This document shows, piece by piece, positions 28,801 through 40,637 of a DNA stretch of 64,000 bases. The stretch covers positions 558,001-622,000 of the forward strand of contig MCFH01000006.1 in assembly GCA_002104945.1 (NCBI GenBank), in the 5' to 3' direction. Source of the stretch: Piromyces finnis finn. Taxonomy: Eukaryota; Fungi; Neocallimastigomycota. A program made the position numbers and the translations under genes. The notes beneath the pieces were generated by a model. The model was given only the letters and a program-made list of their open reading frames with translations. It had not been told where the DNA came from and made no database searches. Numbering within the stretch: the stretch's first letter is position 1; every line of letters begins with the position of its first letter.

Positions 28801-31800
28801 AAAAAAGCAGCCTTTTGCTGAATTCACGCTATTGTCACTTCATTAACAACAGTGTAAAAAATAATTATAAAAGGTATAAAGAATAAATATGAATGATGTA
28901 ATAACTTTTATGGTTTTATAATAATATTAATGAATGAAGAATTCATAGCAATTCTAACTAACTATTAAAAAATATTGTTTAAGTGATTGATTAATGATAT
29001 TAATTAATTGTTATTATTATATAATAAAGTTTTATATTAATAAAAAAAGTGCTTATAAGTGCCATCATGTGTAATATTAAAAAAAAACGGTAAAGTTTAA
29101 ATTTGAGGTTTTTTTTTTATTTGTCGAATTAATGAAGTATTTAAATAGTTTATAAAAAGCATAATAGTGTTTTCTTTTGAAAAGAAAACTTTTGAGCTTT
29201 ATTAATCAATCTTTTATTTAATATTAATGAATATTTCATTTGTATTTATAAAATAAAAGACTTTTTGATTTTACAAAAGTAATCATATCACTATATATCT
29301 TTTTTTTTTTTTTAAATATTGAGATAAAAATGTTTTTTTTTTTATTAAATAATGACTTTGAATTTATTTTTATCAAAGTCATTCTTTTTTTTTGCTTAAA
29401 ATTGTTGTTTATTAATGTTAATCTACAATACTAACAACCAAAATTAATTTTAATTTAATAATAAAAATAATAATGAAATAAATTTAAATGTCGCCATGAA
29501 GTTTTGACGGTTAAAAACCTTCTTAATAATTGCAAATTTCTTGTTTCTTTTTTTCCTTTTTCTTTTTTAATTAATTAAAATGATTTGATTTGATTTATAA
29601 GACCTAAAATTTATTAAAATTTATTATTAAATAGAAACAATGACTATGACAGAGGCAGATTAAAGAAGTTCTAGTAGGTTCAATAGAAAAAGAATGTCGA
29701 TAATGATACCATCACAGGTATTATTACTATGAAAGAATAATAATAATACTTTTTTAATTATTAAACCTATATAAATAATAAAGAATGATAAACTTACCTA
29801 TGTCCATTAATAATAACTATATTATGAATGACTGAATGACTTTCTAATTCTCATTATTGAACGGCTTTAATATTAAAAACTTTATCTTTTTTTGTCAAAT
29901 TTTGAAATTTTTTTAATATTTAAAAAAAATTAAATAATAAATATTCCATACAATTTTTTGTCACACAATATAAAGATAAAATGTACAACATTATTTAAAC
30001 CAATAGTATTCCATATATTTTAATTAATAATGTACAATCCATAAAAGTACATTTGAATCATAAAAAATAGGGGTAATTATAATGATATTATCATTTTATA
30101 AAATTTAAAAAAAATGGATCATCCTTCATGACTATTGGATGTCATTCTACAGTAGCCTCTGTTTTAAAAATAAAAATAGTTGTCTTTATCATAAATTTAC
30201 AAAAGATTTTGTTGGGGTAAAAAAGTCGTTGTTGTATTTGAGACTCTTAGAGTTAATAAAGGTTCAAAATCTTGTTATTTATTAAAATAAAAAAAAAAAA
30301 AAAGAAAATGAGGATGAATAATACAATATAATGATGGTAATAAAAAAACTTTAAAATTTATGACTTGAACCCAAAGTAAAATTAAGGTATATTACATGAA
30401 TGACTTTAAACCAATGGATTTATATAAAGTATTATTAAATGTAAATTAATATATAGGTATATATATATAATAATTATGAAATCGATGGTGTTAGGTGGCA
30501 ATTAAAAAAAAAAAGAAGTATTTTTTTTTATAATTGTCTTTTTGATAATTCTATTAGACTTGAATTGAATAGTACTTTATTAATGAAAAGATAAAACTGA
30601 TATTACTATTATTCAAAGTATTTATTTTTGATAGCTAATATCTTCATTATTAGGGGAAAAATATATATATTTTTTTATTTCAAATATTAAATCAAGTTAT
30701 ATTAATCAAAATTCTTTTAATAGTCTTTTTTATTTGTTTCTTTATATAAAATGCTTATTGCCATATCAAATCAAAATGTTAATGTTTTGTTAATAAATAA
30801 AACAAAAACAAAAAGTTCTAGAACTATGATGTAATTTATCTTTATACTATAACCCGGGTGAAGTCGGAAAAGACATTACCATATAAAGTATGTTATTAAA
30901 AAAAGATGATATTTTAAAATTCAAAGTTATGTTCTTTCTATCATTAATTTATATATCCCATTAGTATATAGGAAAATTACAATAGAAATATAAAATAAAA
31001 GATTATATATTGGCAAAAATAATTATAAATTAACCTATTTCTTGAATACTTTTTTTTTTTTTTTTTTGCATATAATCTTTTAAGTATAAATTGTTCTTTG
31101 TAATATTTAAAAATAAGGTAAAAAAAAAAAAAAGTATTAATCTTTTTTTTTGTAATATTGGAAAACTATTAAAAATTAAAAGAAACTTGGACTGTTATTA
31201 TTTTTATTATTTTTATTAAAATTTTGACCTTTTTTTTTTAAAAAAAAAATAATTATTCAATAATATATTAAATTAACATTAAGTAATAATAAAACCAATA
31301 ATAAAAGTTTCAATAATTAATATATTTAAAAAATTACTTTAAAAATTATTTATATTTATTGATAATATACATTATACACACTATAAAAAAAAGTTTCACT
31401 ATTTATCATTTTGTAAGTATACTCAATATTAATTATATAAAAATAATTAATTAGGATTGAAGGTCTATAATAAATAAAATTATTTTATACAAAGTTTGTT
31501 GGCTTTAAAACAATAGAAAGAAGAAACTAAAAAAAAAAGGGTTCCTACAAGACTTTATATCCACAATACAAAAAAAAAAAAAAAAACATATGAAACTAAA
31601 ATATGTTTTTTATTTAAAGTTAAATAATTATACATTGTATGACATTGTATCGTATAACCTTTAAATACTAAACACATAAATATATTACAATATATATTTA
31701 ATATATATTAACTTTATATTAACTTTAAATTTTTTTATCAAAAAAAAAAAAAAAATAATTATTCATACTTTTTTTTAGAATGAACTAAATATTAGATGTT

Positions 31801-32433
31801 CGTTTTTATTTTTTATTTTATTACGATTAGATAGATTTAATCATCGAATTCCTTAATTATTTAAAATAATAAGAAAAATATATATGTACTAGTTTAAGCA
31901 TTCCTTAATTAAAATATTATATATTAAAAGTATCTTTAAAAATTCTAAAATATATTTTTATAATTTTTGTTTCCTCACTTTTGTTTTTTATACTATGCTT
32001 ATTTTTTTTATTTAAATAAAATATAATTAAAAAAAATATTACAATTTTATTCTACTCATTATTATTTACTTTTATAACAGTTTAATGATTTTTTTTTTTA
32101 AAAAATCTTAAAAATAGGAAAGTTTAATTTTATATGTAAATAATATTTAATTACAACAATTGCAACAATAATATAATAATGTATTTCCTATTCATGTTAT
32201 TCTTATCATTTGTTCTTATTTTATATTAATAATTATACATTATTATTAAGAAAGTAATTTCATAAAGAAATATATATACTTTTTAACCACTACTAACCAT
32301 CATCAACATAGTATTAAAATTTTGATAATATACATTAAAATTCATTCACACTTTTAAATATTTTCTTTTTTTTTTTTAATTTTTTTATTTTATTATTTTT
32401 AATTTACATAGTTATATTTTATTTTTTATTAAA

Positions 32434-32830
32434 GGTTCAAGCGCTACGACAATTCACTTATATTTCTATAATTACTTTTTTTATCAAAAATAATTATTTT
32501 TTAAATATGAATCCGCTCTTGAGTTTGTACCTTCAATTTAAATATATCATACAAAAAAAACAAGGTTCAAGCGCTAGTCAATCATAATTTTTTTTTTCAA
32601 TATGATCCGCTCTTGATACACCTAAATTTTCTTTTTTATAAAAGTTTTAGGTTTAAGCGCTACGACAATTCATTATCCTATAAATGTATCAAACATTTAT
32701 AAGATATTGAATCCGCCTTAAGTTTGTACCTATAACTTTTTCTTTATTTGAGAAAGATTTAATTTGGTTCAAGCGCTAGTCAATTCCTTTCTGTTTGAGT
32801 GTTTATTGGAATCCGCCTTGTATTTGTACC
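32434..32830. ncRNA. Array of four conserved-base, variable-loop hairpins (candidate structured ncRNA family; identity and strand unknown)
   Basis: Units 32434-32531, 32564-32622, 32650-32730 and 32766-32830. Each reads GGTTYAAGCGCTA(CGA|GT)CAAT...RATCCGC(T)CTT(GA|AA|GT)...ACC, with pairing arms and compensatory changes. The repeat itself is certain. The RNA interpretation is inferred. Confidence 0.55.
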
Positions 32831-34496
32831 AAATTACTTTCCAATTTTAACTGAATTTTGAAAAAAAAATATTGGGGAGCAAACTTTGAAATAACACATT
32901 TTGAGAAATCTTATTAATTATTATTTTTTTTTTTTTTGATAAATAAAAAATAAAAAAATTATATTTGAATGAATAATTAATTGACTTTTTTTTTTTCAAA
33001 GTAGTTTTTATGGGTATATTTAAATTTTAAATTTCATTTTGAAATTTGAAGGGTATATAAACATCATTAAGAAAAAAAAAAGAGAAGTCAAAATGATTAA
33101 TTATTCGAAAATTAAATTTCCTTTTTTTTTTTTTTTGATGCTTTTCAATTTATTTTAGTATTTAAAAATATTTGAAAAGCACGAAGAAAAAAAATGAAGG
33201 AAGAAAATATGTCTTTTATACTTTTTTTTTTTTTGTATTAGTTTTATTGTAAATATCTATAAATATTTCAATTTAAAAGGATATATATAGTTTTAATATT
33301 TTAAATTATTACTAATAAATTAATCATTTTATTTTTATTTTTATTTTTATTTCTTTATTCTTTCGATTAGTTGAATTTCGTAATACATTTAGAATTTTTA
33401 ATATCATTGATCATTTAATTTTATTAAATGTTACATTTATTTTTAAAAAAAGGAAAAGTAACTAATTCTAATTCTTTTTTTTTTAATAATTTAATTAATT
33501 CAAAATATAATTTATAATTGAAAATTTAATTTCTTAAATAAATATTTATAGTCATACAATTAAATTTAGCTTTAAATGATTCAATTTTTAATTCTAAAAA
33601 ATTGATTAAACGAATTAGTCTAAAAATAGAATTTAGTAAATTAATCTAATTACAGACCTATTTAAAGAGAATTATTAAAACAACACCAACAACAAATAAA
33701 AAAAAAAAAAAAGAAAAGTACGAAATAAATTTAAATAAAAAGTAATAATAATTATCAAATGGTAGTACTACTACAAATAAATAAATTTATTAATAAATTG
33801 ATAAAAATAATGATTAATTGAAAATAAAATAATATATATTTTGCTTTTTTTTTTTTTTATTATTATTATTATTATACCATTTTTTAGTCTTATAAATTCA
33901 TACTCCATAATTATAATTTATAGATCTATTTATTTATTTTCAACAATTTTTTTTTTTTTTTTTCATATTAAAATTAAATCCATCATCTTTTTTCCATTAA
34001 ACATTAATTTGACAAAAATAAAATAAAATGCTTAATAAAAATTATAAATCAATTTTTATATTTATTTTTTTTTCTCTACTTTCAGCCCAAATCATTGACT
34101 ATTCATTTATAAATCCTAAAGTCCATAATTAAAAGTAATTTTGTTAATTGATTTTTTTTTTTTTTTTTTTAAAAAAAATTATAACAATAGTTTAATCATG
34201 CTAAAATTAGAAAAGTAAAAAATTTTGATGAATTTTGCAAAAAAAAAAAGTTTTGTTAAAACTATGTTATCTTCTGATAGTTTTATAATTATAATTTTTA
34301 TTATATATATATTATTTTATTTATATATATATTGAGTCATTAAATTTAATGAATAGGTTAATTAATATTTAAAATGTTTAATCGTTTTTTTTTTTTTTTT
34401 TTTTTTACTAATATTTTAACTTAGTATTTAAAAGTAATTTTTATTAGAATTACATTTAATGATTATTATTATTATTATATTGATTTATTGTTTTTT

Positions 34497-34532
<36 letters not shown>

Positions 34533-34704
34533 TTTTACGTTTGTATATAAAATGCCTTTTAGACCTTTTTTCCTTGATGCTTATAAATAAAAAGTTACTT
34601 AAGATATAATAGAAACATGATGAAAATTACTATAGGAAATTTAGTTTTTATTTTATATATAAAATTGAAATAAATTAGTATGATGTTGAATTCTTTGATT
34701 AAAA

Positions 34705-36973
34705 TTACTAATATTTTATAAACTAATATTTAATTCAATTTTTTTTTTTTTTTTGTATTATTACCATGAAATACGAAATTGTATTGGTTGGTGGAACTGT
34801 TCTTTCTGAATCTGGTACAGCGGAGAAAATCTTAAAGGAATTATCATCTATTTCTAAGGATTCATCTACACGCATAATAGATGCTACATTACCACATCTA
34901 TAACAGTAATTTGGTGCACTCCATACAGTAACTAAATTATTATCTGGGAACATAAATTTATAACCTTCTTGTACCAATTGGTGAGCTCTTGCAATTAATG
35001 TCAAATTATTTACGTGATTAAACTGTATACAAGAAAAGACATTTAAAGGTAATAATTTTATATTTAATTTGAAGGGTAAAGTATATAATGTACAATATAT
35101 AAATAATAAAAATGATTGAAATAGAATTTATATATATAAAAAAATAAATATGCATAATCTTAAAGAGAAATATGAGAAATAATATTACAAATATTTACCT
35201 CTGATGTAACTTTGCTACCGAATAACCAACCAGCACCACGTTGACTTACACCCCAGGTATCAATATCATCTGGATCTGACCACATTAAATCTTTTTTTAA
35301 ATGTAATTGATAATAATGACAAAAAAAAATTTTTTTTTTAATAAATATTATTTTTATTGATGATTTTTTATATTTAAATTTCCTTTTTTTACTTACCACA
35401 GAAGGCACCTTCGTGTGGAATTTCTTGACATCTTTGGATAGTACGAATTTGATCAAGAGTTCTAACATCTGGTGATAAACCACCGTGAACACATAAAACT
35501 CTACCATCAACAATCTTTATTTTTAAATAAAATGTAAATATAAGATTTTTTCTTTTTAAAAAATAAACCAATATATATTATTTATTAAGGATGACTTACA
35601 GCTGCAACAGTTAAGTAATCGAAAACTGAACAACAGTATTTCCATACATTAGCATTACCGTATTTATTTTGACATTCATCTTTTGAAATTAAATGGTTAA
35701 AAGAATTACCATAGATTTAAAATTAAAATTAATTAAATAATAGAAAAAAAATAATTGTTGTTAGTATAGCATAATATTACGAGAGTTTAGTGTAACAGCT
35801 TAGTTATATGAAGCACTACTTACCAAAGAAACCATATACTTGAGTAATTTGTCTACTTTCATGATTACCACGAAGAAGAGTGATTTTATCTGGATATCTT
35901 TAAAATTGGAATAATTTATTTACATAATATTAAAATTTTAATATTAAATATAAAATGTATAATATATTTTATGTTTATAAAAATTTACCTAGCCTTTAAA
36001 CATAATAATAAAGTGAAAGTTTCTAAACTGTAATAACCACGGTCAACAAAATCACCCTTTATATTTTTTTGTTTTTATTTTAATGATTAATTTTTAAATA
36101 AGATTATCATTGTTATCATTAATGTTATTATTATTATTAATTATGTTTTATTAATAAATATATATATACATAAATAAATAATTGATAATATTTTCTAAAT
36201 TATTATGTAAAACAAATATAACAGTTACCATAAAAATGTAATTAGTGCTTGGAATTTCACCACCGACTCTGAACAATTCTTTTAAATCGAAGAATTGGCC
36301 GTGAATATCACCACAAACAGTAACAGGTGTATGTACTGGTTGGATATTTGATTCTTCTACTAATAATTCTTTTACCTGTTTATCAATATTATTTTTTTAT
36401 AATAAATATTATAATATATATTGTGGTATATATATTATTATTGAAAAAAAAAAAAAAAACATATTAAAAGTTGTTAATGGTTATTGAAAATATTCGTTAT
36501 CTATCAAATATTCTATTTGTTTGGGTGTAAATGCTTTTAAATAGATAATATTATTTGATATTTAAAAGTATTGTTTCTTAAAAATAAATTTAGCAATTTT
36601 TATGATAACTTATAAAAGGTTAGATTAATTTTGATTGATATAATATTCTTAATATTCTACTTGTACTTTGAATATATTGTTTCCTTAGTTAATTAAAATA
36701 CTATATATTGAAATTCATTCATTTTTTACGAAATTTGAGAATATTTTATTATTTATTATTAATATGAACCAACTGAAAGAAATTCTTAAAATAATCCTTT
36801 CTTAATTATTTCATTGAGTATAATGTTTTTAACAAGATATGAAAAGAAAGGAAAAATAATAAAAAAAACCATTTTATGATATTTGCCTTTTCACATAAAG
36901 CTTTTATGTCTGATTCTGGTAAATAACGACATTCTTTAATTTGAGCTAACCATTGATCAGGATCCCCTGCCAT
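34705..36973 (-). CDS. PPP6C: Ser/Thr protein phosphatase 6 catalytic subunit (Sit4/Ppe1/PPP6C), multi-exon
   Basis: Starts [29 protein letters not shown]|[17 protein letters not shown] motifs GDIHG, GDFVDRG, RGNHE and HGGLSP are present, with PP6-type [28 protein letters not shown] and [12 protein letters not shown]. Ends ISYFM. Confidence 0.93.
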
Positions 36974-39362
36974 TTTTTTCAATATATATTACTTTGTAAA
37001 AATATATATATAAATAATATTAATAAATTAATCTGCCAATATTTATAAATTATAAATTAAAATAAACATAATACTATTTTGTTTAACAAATATTCATGTT
37101 GTTACTAATATTTATAATATATTTTTAAAATCTTAAGAAATGAATTTTGATTTTTTATTTATTTTTTTTTTTTTTTTTTGGAAATCAATAAATATCTTTA
37201 TTGATGAATTATTTTAAATCATTGTTCAAAAAAAAAAAAAAAAGATTATACATAGATTATTATATATATTGTGTGTGTGTGTGTGTTTTATTATTATTTT
37301 GACTCTTAGAATTCTTAAATTTAATGAAAATAACTTTTTATGTAAAATATAATATTAAGATAAAAGAAATTATTTATTAAAATCTTTGTACTTTTTTTTT
37401 AATTGTTATTACTGTTATTATTATGATTATCTATTAGTAGTAATAATGACATGAATTTAATCAAAATATTATAATATTAAACATTAAACGTTTTTAAAAA
37501 AATATGTATGATATAAATGTTAATTTATTTATAAATTTATGATTATTATTAAAATCAATTTCATGAAATTTGTTTATTTTATACAATATTTCTGAATTTT
37601 TATTATTATATTTGCTTTTGTTGTTATTGTCATTTATTATTTTAATGCTTTTATCTAAATTATTTATTTAGGTAGAATATTTATCATTTATATATAATCC
37701 TAAGATTTGATTATTTGTAAATATATCATGATTTTATTGAATTTCTTATTTTAAATTTTATATCATTTTCTTTTATTTAAATATAGCTTTATTATATTTC
37801 TTTGTTATTATTATCATTATTCTTATTGATTGATTGATTTTTTTTACGATTTATAATTCATCAACAATTAATAAATATAAAAATGTATAATTAGAATAAT
37901 TAGATTTCCATCTTATTTACATTAAATTTAAAATTTAATTTTTTTTTTTTTCTATAAATTTAAATTGCAAAGGGAAAATTTTTTGTATTGTTTAAAAAAA
38001 ATTAATTTTTTTTTTTTTATCTTAATAAATAATTAATTTATTCAATTTTTTTTTTTTTTTTTTTTTATAAATATTATATATTAATATTATAAAAGTTTTA
38101 TATATAAAAATATTAAATTATAATTAAGTGGATATAATATTAATTTAAATAAATAAATAAAGAAATAAAGAAATAAGCAATTGATTTATTCTTTATTATT
38201 ACCATAAAATTGTAGATATTTTGTAGTAGTTAATTATCTTCAAATTATATCATGAACAAAAAAGTTTATTATTTTTTTAAATATTTTAATATTTTATCAC
38301 ATATAATTGTTTTTTTTTTTTTTTAGTTTGTTTAAATGTTAAAAAGGTAGTACAAATACAAATACAAAATAAGCTTTTTGATCATATAATGAATTAGTAA
38401 GCTACTTCATTAAAAAACAGTTATGTAGTAATATTCTTCTTTATAAATTTTATAATCCTTCACTTTCTTTTTTTCTTTTTTCTAATTTAATGATTTCGGT
38501 ATACTATTTATTCAATAGTATTAGTATAATATTCTTAGAGTAAAGCTATTCTTAGATCATATATTCATTATATATTTATTCGGTTATTTAGGTATTTTCA
38601 TAGATTTATTTTTCCTTTCATTCCTATAATTAAAAAATCGAGCTAATAAAATCATTAAAAGATAAAATTGTAACAACTTATTATAATTTTATATAAATAC
38701 TTGATTTATAAAAACCTTTAAAAAACATGGTAATAAATATGAATAGTATTTCATAATTAATGTATGCTAAATAGATTTAGAATAAAAAAAGCATATAATA
38801 ATCAAGTATTAAAGTTTACCATACCTGATTGTATTTTTTTTAGTATTTAAAATACGTCTACTCATTTTTTAAAACTTTAGATATAGAAAATATATAATAT
38901 GTTTATATAATATCATTTGTGTGACATATATCCAATTTGTATGGCGCATCAAATTTTAGTATATTTATTATCTATTGATTTATAATAAAATTTATTTATA
39001 ATGTAAAATAATTCTATGATTGTACATTTGTAGTGGCTAAAAAATAAAATAACATTTTAATACACAATAAAGGATGATTGATTAATTGAAAAAAAATAAT
39101 GGATTATACAGTAATTCAATATTTTATAAGTGGAGTTTTGTATCTTATAATTGATTATAGTATTTTATAATCAATTATTAAATAATATATTTAATTTTCA
39201 ATATTATGGACAACATAACCTTGTCAATCTAAAGTGTTAATATTTAAAAAATAAAAAAGAAGAAATTGAAAAAAAAAAATTTATAATCTATACAATTAAA
39301 CAATAACTATTATATTCAATTGAAATCAAATTACATTTCTTTTAAATTATCAATAAATAAAA

Positions 39363-40637
39363 ATGAGCTCGATGTTTAATCAGTTAGAAAAATTAAAATA
39401 CACTTTAGACAATGAAAATAATACATTAAATGGACAAGCTTTAGATTTATTTGTTAAATATTTCGAATGTAGAGACAATGACATTATTGATAAATTACTT
39501 CAAATGAATGAAGAAAAAGAAAAAAAAATGAGAAATGAAACAATTTTTCATGCCAATAGAGATAAAATTCCAAAACTTAATTTTGAAACAGACAACTTTG
39601 AGGAATGGCTATATGTTGTGAAAACTTGTATTCGAAAAACAACCTATTATAATTATTTTGAAAAAAAAGACATTATAATTGAAAAAAATTATGAAAATGA
39701 ATTATATGATATTATGGAACAAAGTATTGAAGAAGAAACTAAGAAGCAAATTCAATTAGACTTAGCAAATAAAAACCCAAGAAAATTGTTAAAAGAAATT
39801 GTAAAAGCTAAGCAAGGAATTAAGAGTAAAAAAATAAAGATTTTACTTAATTATATTGATAACCATAAGTATCATAAAACAGATGATATCTATCAACATT
39901 TAGAAATTATGTTCATGCTTTTTGACGAATTAACCAAACTAAAAAAAAACTTTACAGAACAAGAAAAATTAGAAAAAATATTTAACTCATTACCAGAAGA
40001 TTATACAAGTAATATAAAAAAGTTAACACATCAAAGTCAACAACTAGGATTAAACGTTTTATATATCATAAAATATGTTGAAATTTGGAATAAAAAGCAA
40101 AACAATGGAATTACTAGACAATTCCATAAATCCATAAATGAAGATAATCCTTTTTTATATAGTAGTCAGTATTTAAATTCAACATCATTCATTGATACTG
40201 ATATGTTTGATGAACCAGAAGAAATTGATAATAATAGTAATGGTAGTGATAATGATAATGAAAATAACAATGACGATGACAATTATAATAATGATTTAGT
40301 AGGAAAAATTAATCAACAAGACGTTAAAGAATTCACAAATATAAAAAAGAGTCAGTTTAAAGAAGGAGAAAAAGTGAGCGAAGATACAGATGATAGTAAA
40401 ACATTAATACATGATGAAGAAAGTTCATCAAGCGAAGAAAATGATGATGTATCTATGGGTAATATGAGTAATGAAAAAGATATTAATTTTAATATTGAAA
40501 GTAAAAAGGAAATAGAAAAACAAAGTCTATTCAAAAGAATATTTTCTCTTGAACATCTTTTTACCTATTTTATTTTATTATTATTAATAGAAGGAATAAT
40601 ATTTTTAAAATTTGATATTTCAAAATTCTTTAACTAA
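39363..40637 (+). CDS. Stand-alone Ty1/copia Gag-like (Retrotran_gag_2/UBN2-like) protein with an acidic linker and a C-terminal hydrophobic anchor, 424 aa, single exon
   Basis: KIPKLNFETDNFEEW resembles the copia Gag IPKLxGxNYxxW motif. KYHKTDDIYQHLEIMFMLFDELTKLKKNFTEQEKLEKIFNSLPEDY resembles the UBN2 core ending LLxSLPxxY. The C-terminus is LFTYFILLLLIEGIIFLKF. No pol, LTR or PBS seen nearby. Confidence 0.7.
   Translation: MSSMFNQLEKLKYTLDNENNTLNGQALDLFVKYFECRDNDIIDKLLQMNEEKEKKMRNETIFHANRDKIPKLNFETDNFEEWLYVVKTCIRKTTYYNYFEKKDIIIEKNYENELYDIMEQSIEEETKKQIQLDLANKNPRKLLKEIVKAKQGIKSKKIKILLNYIDNHKYHKTDDIYQHLEIMFMLFDELTKLKKNFTEQEKLEKIFNSLPEDYTSNIKKLTHQSQQLGLNVLYIIKYVEIWNKKQNNGITRQFHKSINEDNPFLYSSQYLNSTSFIDTDMFDEPEEIDNNSNGSDNDNENNNDDDNYNNDLVGKINQQDVKEFTNIKKSQFKEGEKVSEDTDDSKTLIHDEESSSSEENDDVSMGNMSNEKDINFNIESKKEIEKQSLFKRIFSLEHLFTYFILLLLIEGIIFLKFDISKFFN

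Noticed and set aside
32790-32803. Loop of unit 4 (CTGTTTGAGTGT) recalls the 3' end of fungal 5.8S rRNA
   Set aside because: It is only about 12 nt, matched from memory, in sense orientation on + and in one unit only. It is compatible with chance unless a search shows otherwise.
32434-32830. Hairpin array read as a CRISPR array, tRNA cluster or integron attC array
   Set aside because: There is no single constant repeat with uniform spacers and no cas genes. GGTTC and GAATCC resemble a split T-loop, but there is no cloverleaf. The attC core RYYYAAC/GTTRRRY is absent and no integrase is present.
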